Assembly: GCA_964546105.1 (NCBI GenBank)
Contig: CAZJIP010000005.1
Span: 1-37,137 of the forward strand
Source: an uncultured Methanomassiliicoccales archaeon
Lineage (GTDB): Archaea; Thermoplasmatota; Thermoplasmata; RBG-16-68-12
Length of the DNA: 37,137 nt
Reading direction: 5' to 3'
The first letter of the stretch is position 1, and each line of letters begins with the position of its first letter. A model generated the notes under the pieces. That model was given only the letters and a program-made list of their open reading frames with translations, did not search any database and was not told the origin of the DNA. This document shows, one piece after another, positions 24,895-31,893 of this stretch. The position numbers and the translations under genes are program-made.

Positions 24895-26090
24895 GCCTTC
24901 CTTCCCTCGCGGAGGTGGAGCACGCGGACTGGCCCACCCTGGAGAAGATGTGCGTCGACTTGGGCCTGAACCCCAAGGGCCGGAGCTCCGTCGTACGGAT
25001 GCGCGTCCTCGACCACATGCGCCGGCGCGTGCGCCCCGAGGCCTGGCGGCCCGGTGCGTCGCATCAGGCTGCCCTGCTGACCCGCCTCGGACATCCCGAT
25101 GCAGCTGCCCGCCTGTGGGAGTCCATGATGCAGCTGGACGAGCCTGCTCCCTGGATCGGCTTGGGTCGTGCCCAGCTGGGCGCTGGCGAGCTTCGGGAGG
25201 CGGCCAAGGCGTTCGACCGCGCCATCCAGATGGGGGACGCCACGGCAAACCTGCACCGGGCGGAGTCCCTCGCCGCCGCGGGGGACTACGAGGGCGCCGT
25301 GCGGGCCTGCGACGCCTACCTGATCGCGCGGCCGCGGGAGCTCCGTGGCCTGCTGCTGAAAGCCAACTTCCTCGCCCGTGGCGGCTGGACGAACGAGGCC
25401 GCCACCGTGATGCGGGATGCGTTCGAATCCCATCCCGACGCGAAGGAGATGTGGCGGGGCCTGGGAACCCTTCTCCTCCGGGCGGGCCGCTATGAGGCCG
25501 CGTCCGAGGCCTACCACGAAGCGTTGCGGGCCAATCCCAGGGATTCCGAGAGCTGGACCAACCGCGGTGCGTCCCTCCTCCTCGCGGGACGGACCCGCGA
25601 GGCCGTCGGCGCGTTCCGGGAGGTCCTCGAGACGGATCCGCGCCAGGCCGCGGCCCTGAACAACCTGGGGGTCGCATACCTCCGCGAGGGCCAGATGAAG
25701 TCCGCGGCGGTCAACTTGGAGCGTGCGGCGAAGCACATGGAGACGCCCCAAGTCCTGCGGAACGTCGCGAAGGTCCAGGAAGCGACCCACCAGGTCGCCG
25801 CGGCCGCCGAATCCTACGGACATCTCCTCGCCCTGAAACCCCGAGATGCGGATGCCCTGGCGGCGCAGAAGCGACTGCGGCCTGCACGTCCCCGCCGCCG
25901 GACACGGTTGCCGTCCGGAGCGCCGCGGCGTCGCAAGAAGGCGCCGCCCCCGCGTCGAGGGAAGAAACCGCGTCCCGGCCGCGCGTCCCTGCGTGAAGTC
26001 TCGAAGCGACGCGGCGGGGTGAAGCGGCCACCCCGGACCGGACCTCGCAAACGGACGACCGCAAAACGGAAAGCGCCCCGCCGACGCTAG
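24891..26090 (+). CDS. SAP/HeH (Rho_N-like) module, TPR array, strongly basic K/R tail
   Basis: GTG 24891 overlaps the upstream stop (GTGA). N-terminus: LAEVEHADWPTLEKMCVDLGLNPKGRSSVVRMRVLDHM. TPRs (e.g. GRYEAASEAYHEALRANPRDSESWTNRGASL). About 70-aa tail: RPARPRRRTRLPSGAPRRRKKAPPPRRGKKPRPG...KRTTAKRKAPRRR. Confidence 0.7.
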   Translation: MSLPSLAEVEHADWPTLEKMCVDLGLNPKGRSSVVRMRVLDHMRRRVRPEAWRPGASHQAALLTRLGHPDAAARLWESMMQLDEPAPWIGLGRAQLGAGELREAAKAFDRAIQMGDATANLHRAESLAAAGDYEGAVRACDAYLIARPRELRGLLLKANFLARGGWTNEAATVMRDAFESHPDAKEMWRGLGTLLLRAGRYEAASEAYHEALRANPRDSESWTNRGASLLLAGRTREAVGAFREVLETDPRQAAALNNLGVAYLREGQMKSAAVNLERAAKHMETPQVLRNVAKVQEATHQVAAAAESYGHLLALKPRDADALAAQKRLRPARPRRRTRLPSGAPRRRKKAPPPRRGKKPRPGRASLREVSKRRGGVKRPPRTGPRKRTTAKRKAPRRR

Positions 26091-26138
26091 ACGAGGGGTC
26101 TCACAACGCTCAAGCCCGGGCGCCCCTTCCCGCCTTGT

Positions 26139-26801
26139 GTGGCCATCCGCGAAACACATCATGCGGGCGTGTACACGGACGGCGTCTGGCTGTACACGCG
26201 TAACCTGGTTCCCGGCAAGGCCGTGTACGGCGAGGGCCTGACCACCCAGGCCGGCGTCGAGTACCGGAAGTGGGACGCGGCTCGAAGCAAGCTCGCGGCG
26301 TATCTGAAGCTCGGAGGGCAGGTATGGCCGTTCCAGGCCGCGTCCTCGGTCCTGTACCTGGGTGCCGGCAGCGGGACCACGGTGAGCCATCTTTCGGATA
26401 TCTGCGCCAAGGGCGGTATTGTGGCGGTTGAGATCGCGCCCCGCGTGTTCCGGGATCTGGTGTCAGTCGCGGAGGCGCGCCCTAACCTGATTCCTATCCT
26501 GGGAGACGCCGGGCGTCCCGAGACGTACCGCAGCCACGTTCCCGCCGTCGACGTGCTGTACCAGGACGTGGCCCAGCGGGACCAAGAGGCCATCTTCCTT
26601 CGGAACCTCGAGTTCCTGAAGCGCGGTGGCACGGGCCTGCTCATGGTGAAGGCCAGGTCCGTGGACGTTGCGGCGCGGCCCTCGGAGGTCTACGACCATG
26701 CACGGACCTCCCTCTTGGGGCAGGGCCTCCGGGTCTCCGAATTGCGCCGGCTGGATCCGTTCGAACAGGACCACGCCGCCATCGTCGTCCGGAAGCCGTA
26801 G
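26139..26801 (+). CDS. flpA: fibrillarin-like rRNA/tRNA 2'-O-methyltransferase
   Basis: GTG 26139. Motifs: GVYTDGVWLYTRNLVPGKAVYGE, EYRKWDAARSKLAA, SAM motif VLYLGAGSGTTVSHLSDI, DVLYQDVAQRDQ. Confidence 0.95.
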   Translation: MAIRETHHAGVYTDGVWLYTRNLVPGKAVYGEGLTTQAGVEYRKWDAARSKLAAYLKLGGQVWPFQAASSVLYLGAGSGTTVSHLSDICAKGGIVAVEIAPRVFRDLVSVAEARPNLIPILGDAGRPETYRSHVPAVDVLYQDVAQRDQEAIFLRNLEFLKRGGTGLLMVKARSVDVAARPSEVYDHARTSLLGQGLRVSELRRLDPFEQDHAAIVVRKP

Positions 26802-26863
26802 GCCCGAAGTCCGCGCGGTCGTGGAATGCCCCGGGCCATCCTCCCTGTTCCCTGCGCGGTCAA

Positions 26864-26873
26864 TCTTAAATAC
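26864..26873 (+). promoter_or_regulatory. TATA-like box CTTAAATACC upstream of rps15
   Basis: AT-rich element about 40 nt upstream of ATG 26912, with GAGG close to the start. Confidence 0.4.
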
Positions 26874-26911
26874 CGGCGCGCGGTATGCGCCCTTCCTTCC
26901 GAGGAACTTCG

Positions 26912-27367
26912 ATGGCACGCCTCCATGCCAAGCGCAAGGGGAAGAGCGGGTCCACCCGCCCGTTCCTCAAGACCGGCCCCGAGTGGATCCCGCTCGAGAA
27001 GGCCGAGATCGAGGAGACCGTGCTCCGCCTGCATCAGGAGGGGCTCTCGACGGCCGCCATCGGCATCCGCCTCCGGGACGCCTACGGGGTCCCGAGCGTG
27101 CGCCTCGCGACCGGGAAGAGCATGACCCAGATCCTCAAGGAGAAGAATGTGAAGTTCGCCACGCCCGAGGATCTCGCGAGCCTCATCAAGCGTGCCGCCT
27201 CCCTGCAGTCCCATTTCCAGGAGCACACGAAGGACCTCAGCAACAAGCGCGGCCTCCAGCTCATCGAGTCCAAGATCCGCCGCCTCTCCAAGTACTACAA
27301 GGAGGAGGGCATCCTCCCCGCGGACTGGGACTACTCGGCGAAGCTCGCGGAGCTCCAAGTGAAGTAG
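26912..27367 (+). CDS. rps15: 30S ribosomal protein uS15 (S15P/S13e)
   Basis: [17 protein letters not shown]..., [41 protein letters not shown]; 151 aa. Confidence 0.95.
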   Translation: [151 protein letters not shown]

Positions 27368-27375
27368 GTGCGCGG

Positions 27376-28737
27376 ATGGCCAAGCGCCTGGAGGACTTGG
27401 CGCACCAGGGCCTGCTGGACCGCGCCCGTCGCGCCGCAGCCTTGGTGGACGGCGTATCTCGTGTGCGGGTCCTGTGCCACTACGATCCGGACGGGACCAC
27501 ATCCGCGGCCATCCTCGCCCGCGCCCTGATGCGCCGCGGGAAACGGGTGCACGCGACCATGTCCCACGCCCTCGACGCGGCCACCGTGGAGCGGATCAAG
27601 GCCGAGCCCAACGAGCTCCTTCTGGTGAGCGACATGGGCTCCGCCCAACTCGACCTCTTGGAAGAACTTCCCTTCCCGGTGATCGTCTTGGACCACCACA
27701 AGCCGCTCCGGGATTCCGAGCGCGTGGTCCACCTGAATCCTCATCTGTTCGGCATCGACGGCACCCGGGAGATGTGCGGCGCCACGACGACCTGGACGTT
27801 CGCCCTCTCCTTGGACGAGGCGAACTGGGACCTCGCGGGAATCGCCGCGGCGGGTGCCATCGGGGACAAGCAGGACCTCGGCGGCTTCGTCGGGGCGAAT
27901 GCGGCCCTCTTCGCGGAAGCTGTCGACCGCGAGGTCCTGGTGCCCGAGCGCCGACTCGCCCTCCGGGACCGCCCCTTGGGCCAAGCCCTCGCCCTCTCCA
28001 TCTCCCCGTACTTCCGCGGGATCGGCGGGCGTCCGGACCAGGCCGAGGCGTTCCTCCGCTCCGCGAGCATCGATCCCCACGCGACCCTGCGGCAGCTCGA
28101 GCCCGCCCAGCGGCGGCGGCTCGCCTCTATCCTAGCTGCGCGCCTCATCGAGCAGGGTGCCGCCCCGGAGGCCCTCGATGTCCTCGTGGAGGATCGGTAC
28201 TGGATCGAGCCCGACCAGATGTATGCCCAGGACCTCGAGGCCTATGTGAACAGCTGCGACCGCCTCGAGCAGATGGGCCTGGGCATGGCCGTCTGCCTCG
28301 GGGACCGGAATGCGCTCGGGCGAGCGGAGGCTCTGCTGGACCAGTACACGAACCGCGTCCTCGAGCATCTTCGCACGCTCGAGACGGAGGGCCTCTTCAC
28401 GAAGAGGCATGTGCAGTTCTTCTACTGCGAGGAAGCGAGCCTCGCGGGCTCCGTCGCGGGCGCGGGAATCCAGTTCTACTTCGACCAATCCAAGCCCGTC
28501 TTCGGCCTCTCCGTGATGGAGCGACAGACCAAGGTCTCCGCCCGCGCGACGCGCGGCCAGATTGCCCAGGGCGTGGACCTGGCGGCTGCCTGCCGCGAGG
28601 CGGCCGAGTCCCTGGAAGGGGACGGGGGCGGGCACAACATCGCCGCGGGCGCGACGATCCCGAAGGGCAAGGAGGAGAAGTTCCTCACCCTGGCGGACGA
28701 GATCGTGGGACGCCAGCGGTCCGGGTCGGCGCACTAG
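27376..28737 (+). CDS. recJ: archaeal RecJ-like DHH/DHHA1 phosphoesterase (RecJ/Cdc45/GAN family)
   Basis: ATG 27376 lies 8 nt after the rps15 stop and is preceded by AGGTG. DHH motifs: VLCHYDPDGTTSAA, SDMGS, VLDHHKP. DHHA1 motif: GGGHNIAAGA. The ORF-track N-terminal extension to 26668 overlaps flpA/rps15 and is spurious. Confidence 0.85.
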   Translation: MAKRLEDLAHQGLLDRARRAAALVDGVSRVRVLCHYDPDGTTSAAILARALMRRGKRVHATMSHALDAATVERIKAEPNELLLVSDMGSAQLDLLEELPFPVIVLDHHKPLRDSERVVHLNPHLFGIDGTREMCGATTTWTFALSLDEANWDLAGIAAAGAIGDKQDLGGFVGANAALFAEAVDREVLVPERRLALRDRPLGQALALSISPYFRGIGGRPDQAEAFLRSASIDPHATLRQLEPAQRRRLASILAARLIEQGAAPEALDVLVEDRYWIEPDQMYAQDLEAYVNSCDRLEQMGLGMAVCLGDRNALGRAEALLDQYTNRVLEHLRTLETEGLFTKRHVQFFYCEEASLAGSVAGAGIQFYFDQSKPVFGLSVMERQTKVSARATRGQIAQGVDLAAACREAAESLEGDGGGHNIAAGATIPKGKEEKFLTLADEIVGRQRSGSAH

Positions 28738-29303
28738 CCGTTCGCGAGCTCGCGGTTCACATCGAACGTGTCGATCGCGTCGCGCAGGTCCGACTCCTCG
28801 ATGCCACCGGTGAAGCGGTCGAGCCGCGCGAACTCAGTCGGGTCGAAGCACTCGGGATCCACGGGGACCAACATGGTGACCCGTCGGGGCATGACGTACT
28901 CGTTCAGGTGCTCGAGGAAGAGGAGCATCTTCAGGAAGCCGAGATGGATTGCGATGAACTCGATGCCGTCGAGCAGGACCAGGCATCCGTCCGGATGGCG
29001 CTCCGCAAACTGCTCGATGGCGCTCGAGAGCGTGCCGACCGCGGTCGGGTCGAAATTCCCCTCCCCCGGACTACTCGAGATCCACCACAGGGTTGCGTGG
29101 GCGAGACCGTACTTGGCCCGCAGGCGCTCCGGATAGATGCGGCTCACGCAGAGGACCGCGTCGCCTTCCTCGGCGCAGATCTGGGCGAGGCGGTACGTGG
29201 CGTCCACGGACTTCCCCTTCACGAGGTAGCATACTCCGTCCTCCAGGGGGAATGGGACCGAGAGCCGCGGCTTCTGCCCTCCGTAGGCCTGCGTCATGCG
29301 CAT
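28734..29303 (-). CDS. DUF835-like protein (degenerate KaiC/RecA-like fold), paralogue 1
   Basis: Motifs: GVCYLVKGKSVDATYRL, IYPERLRAKYGL..TLWWISSS, NFDPTAVGTLSSAIEQF, CLVLLDGIEFIAIHLGFLKMLLFLEHLNEYV. Clearly alignable over its whole length with the adjacent gene. Its stop shares a CTAG with the recJ stop. Confidence 0.7.
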   Translation of the reverse strand: MRMTQAYGGQKPRLSVPFPLEDGVCYLVKGKSVDATYRLAQICAEEGDAVLCVSRIYPERLRAKYGLAHATLWWISSSPGEGNFDPTAVGTLSSAIEQFAERHPDGCLVLLDGIEFIAIHLGFLKMLLFLEHLNEYVMPRRVTMLVPVDPECFDPTEFARLDRFTGGIEESDLRDAIDTFDVNRELANG

Positions 29304-29348
29304 CCCGACTCTATAAGGGCGGGGTTTCGTTCTTCAGGTTTGGTACCC

Positions 29349-29380
29349 GATTATCAGGAAGCCGCTTCCCTCCCAGGATT
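29349..29380 (-). promoter_or_regulatory. shared upstream element GATTATCAG(15 nt)CCAGGATT; minus-strand reading AATCCTGG..CTGATAATC
   Basis: 45 nt upstream of ATG 29303. The same two blocks occur 43 nt upstream of the paralogue's ATG. Confidence 0.45.
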
Positions 29381-29462
29381 GTTCGCACGAAACGGGACCC
29401 AGGGGACGGTTGTGTGGCGAGGAACGCGGGATGTGCGCACCTGTGCTCCTGGAGCGGCGCGG

Positions 29463-30050
29463 TCAGTACGTGTCCAAGAGCTTGCTAACCTCGCGTGTCT
29501 CCAGGTCCGTCTTGAGCGCGGGAGACTCGAGCACCTTCACGTTCCGTTCCAGGAGCGCGAGCTCCTTCTCCTCGAGCGTCTCCGGGCTCACCGGCAGGAG
29601 CAGGATGCCGTGGTGCTGCATGATGAACTCGTTCACGTGCTCCACGAACATGAGCGTCTGCAGGAAGCCGTTGTTGATGATCAGGAACCCCAGGCCGTCG
29701 AGGAGGATGACGCCCTCGCCGCCGTTGTCCTCGATGAACTTCTGCAGGACCTTCGCGAGCGTCCCGATTGCGGTCGGGTTGTGGAAGTCCTCCCCCGGCG
29801 TGTGGCTGAGCCAGAGGATCCGGACGTCGGACAGGCCGCGCTCGCGGCGCACCCGTTCGGGATACTGCCGCGTGACCACGAGGCCCGGCAGCTTCTGTTC
29901 CATGAGGACCTCGAACAGGCGGTAGCTCACCTCGGGCTTCTTCTCCTTCACGAGATAGCAGACGCCCTTTTCGATGTCCATAGGCAACCCAGTTCTCACG
30001 ACGTCGTCCTCGGACCCGTACGTCTGGTCCTGTGCGTGCACCCATCCCAT
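29463..30050 (-). CDS. DUF835-like protein, paralogue 2
   Basis: Motifs: GVCYLVKEKKPEVSYRL, QYPERVRRERGLSDVRILWLSHT, FHNPTAIGTLAKVLQKF, VILLDGLGFLIINNGFLQTLMFVEHVNEFI. The start lies 17 nt downstream of the orc1 stop on the same strand. Confidence 0.7.
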   Translation of the reverse strand: MGWVHAQDQTYGSEDDVVRTGLPMDIEKGVCYLVKEKKPEVSYRLFEVLMEQKLPGLVVTRQYPERVRRERGLSDVRILWLSHTPGEDFHNPTAIGTLAKVLQKFIEDNGGEGVILLDGLGFLIINNGFLQTLMFVEHVNEFIMQHHGILLLPVSPETLEEKELALLERNVKVLESPALKTDLETREVSKLLDTY

Positions 30051-30067
30051 GTTTTACGCAAAATCGG

Positions 30068-31300
30068 TCATCGCCTCTTTAAACCTCTTTCGAGATTATC
30101 AGCCAGGATTTTGGATGGGATTTCCGGGAGGTAGATGAGCGTCGTCTTCCCGACGACGCCCTCGCCGCTGAGCTTCGTGTCGATCAGGCCGAACGCGTCG
30201 AGGTCGCCGACGTACTTCCAGAACTGGGTGTGTGCACGGCGCTTCTCTCCATACTCCTCGCAGACGAGCTTGTAGGCCTCCTCCGCCTCGCCCATCGTGA
30301 TGTACGCCTTCCGCCGGATCTTCCGCGCGATGGCCAGGAGCACGAGCTTCTTCGGTGTGTCCAGGAGGCCGAGGCGTTCCTCGAGCCCCGTGGGATGGAC
30401 CTGGGACTTCGCCCCGCGGACGTCCTCCGCGGTGACCGTCTCGGACCCTTCCTCGTCCGCGAGCATGCCCGCCTTGTCCAGGAGCTCGATCGCATAGCGG
30501 GCGTCCCCCAGCTCCGAGGCGATGTCCGCGATCATGTCCACGGTGTCCTCGTCCAGGGTCCCGGGATGCATGGCGAGGCGCACGCGGTCCGCCATGATGT
30601 CCCGGAGCTCCTCGTAGCTGTACTTGGGGAACTCGATCACGTTGGAACGGCGGAAGGTGCTCAGGGCGGCCGCGTCCATGTAGTCCAGCGCGTTGGGTCG
30701 CTGGGAGACTAGCATCATGGAGATGTTTCCCTTGGCTGCGGCGCTCTCCTCCGCGATCCGCGCGAAGGAGTAGATGAGGTCCGCCCCGCTCTTCTTCAGG
30801 AGGGCATCCACCTCGTCCAGGATCACGATGAAGTGGAGCCGGTTCTTCTCCAGATGCCTCCGGAGCGTCTCGAGCTTCTCCGAGATGGAGAAGCCGCGGT
30901 CGGGGAAGTGAGGGTCGAAGTGCCGCACCAGGGTGAGGAGGACCGCGTCGTCCTCCAGGTTCTTGCGGCAGTTCACGGGCATGTAGTCGAGGGCGCGCCC
31001 CTTCTCCTCCGCGAACTTCTTGAAGTCCACGCAGAAGCGCTTCGCGCTGTGGGTCTTCCCCGTGCCCACGGGCCCGTACAGGAACGCGTTGCTCGAGACG
31101 CCCGCCTCAACGATGGGACGGAAGTAGCTGAACATCCGCTGCATCTGGGCCTCGCGGTGGACCATCTTCTCGGGGACGTAGTCGAAGGACAGCTTCCCTT
31201 GGTCCTTGAACACGGAAGGCCCGGCCCGGAACGACACGAACGCTCCATCGCGGCTCCGTTCGATAAACTCTTTGCCCGGCGGGAGGAACCCAAACCCCAT
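30068..31300 (-). CDS. cdc6: Orc1/Cdc6 replication initiator (AAA+ and winged helix)
   Basis: Motifs: LSFDYVPEKMVHREAQMQRM, Walker A LYGPVGTGKTH, Walker B FIVILDEVD, sensor GDARYAIELL, C-terminal wH (LVLLAIARK...YITMGEAEEAY). ATG 31300 gives 410 aa; GTG 31237 or 31213 are alternative starts. The 626-aa ORF-track extension is rejected. Confidence 0.9.
   Translation of the reverse strand: MGFGFLPPGKEFIERSRDGAFVSFRAGPSVFKDQGKLSFDYVPEKMVHREAQMQRMFSYFRPIVEAGVSSNAFLYGPVGTGKTHSAKRFCVDFKKFAEEKGRALDYMPVNCRKNLEDDAVLLTLVRHFDPHFPDRGFSISEKLETLRRHLEKNRLHFIVILDEVDALLKKSGADLIYSFARIAEESAAAKGNISMMLVSQRPNALDYMDAAALSTFRRSNVIEFPKYSYEELRDIMADRVRLAMHPGTLDEDTVDMIADIASELGDARYAIELLDKAGMLADEEGSETVTAEDVRGAKSQVHPTGLEERLGLLDTPKKLVLLAIARKIRRKAYITMGEAEEAYKLVCEEYGEKRRAHTQFWKYVGDLDAFGLIDTKLSGEGVVGKTTLIYLPEIPSKILADNLERGLKRR
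30094..30110 (-). promoter_or_regulatory. shared upstream element GATTATCAGCCAGGATT (contiguous version)
   Basis: 43 nt upstream of ATG 30050. It lies inside the last codons of orc1. Confidence 0.45.
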
Positions 31301-31324
31301 GAGGGTCCGTGTCCTTCCCGCGAC

Positions 31325-31689
31325 GTGGCCGACCGGTTCTTCTGCTTCGCCTGCGGCCGCGACCACCGAGCGGGTTCCGAAATTGCGGCGGGACACCGGC
31401 GATACAGCATCGAGGGAGGCCGCGAGTCCGGCGGCATCTTCGACGACCTCCGCGAGTTCTACCTCCAGACTAAGGGCATCGACGCGGCCTTTCGGACTCT
31501 GGGGTTCGAGGGCGTGCGAATCCATCCTCCGCGGTTCGGAATGGGCTGGCCGAGCCGCGAGTCGATCGAGCGCGCCTTCCGGGAGCGGGCCAAGCGATTC
31601 CATCCGGATGCGGGCGGCGACCCCCACGAGTCCGCCAGGTGCAGTGGGCTGTCGAGGTCCTCCGTCGCTACCGTCCGCGGGAGGCGTGA
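31325..31689 (+). pseudogene. J-domain-like (HPD motif) ORF interrupted by a frame change near a C5 run
   Basis: Frame 2 has high third-position G/C and reads ..AAFRTLGFEG..SRESIERAFRERAKRFHPDAGGDPHE. The helix-III-like continuation RQVQWAVEVLRRYRPREA* is in frame 1 (stop 31687-31689). The run CCCCC lies at 31621-31625. The start (GTG 31325 or ATG 31541) is uncertain. Confidence 0.35.
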
Positions 31690-31893
31690 TCCAACTCCCC
31701 GCAAGGTTTTCAGGTACCGTACACAGCGTCTCGCGACACCGCAAACAACGCCCTGGCTGCGAGCTCGAGGCCCGCACGCGGGCGAGCTCCCGCGTGGGGC
31801 CGTAGGAGGTCGGGGCGTTCCGTTTTGAGGCCAACATCCGTCGCGAAACTACTAAGGCGATCGGAGCCCCATTCGGGTCGAGGGAGTGGAGAG

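Noticed and set aside
25421-25430. GTTCGAATCC, a tRNA T-loop-like decamer.
   Set aside because: It lies inside a well-supported TPR CDS (encoding ..AFESHP..). The flanks do not form acceptor, D or anticodon arms. No other tRNA-like structure was found in the intergenic regions I scanned by eye; tRNAscan-SE should confirm this.
26668-27375. Upstream extension of the recJ ORF (689 aa) overlapping flpA and rps15.
   Set aside because: The extension is out of frame with two unambiguous genes and is Arg/Pro-rich. ATG 27376, with an AGGTG Shine-Dalgarno sequence, gives a normal 453-aa DHH protein.
30051-31893. Replication origin (ORB/mini-ORB repeats plus an AT-rich unwinding element) adjacent to orc1/cdc6.
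   Set aside because: I looked for repeated TTCCA...GGAAA-type boxes with G-strings and for an AT-rich stretch on both sides of orc1. Only weak GTTCCG(A/T)4 similarities appear (31373, 31814), there is no AT-rich DUE, and most of the upstream region looks protein-coding. An origin cannot be supported from this sequence alone; GC-skew or marker-frequency analysis on the full genome would be needed.
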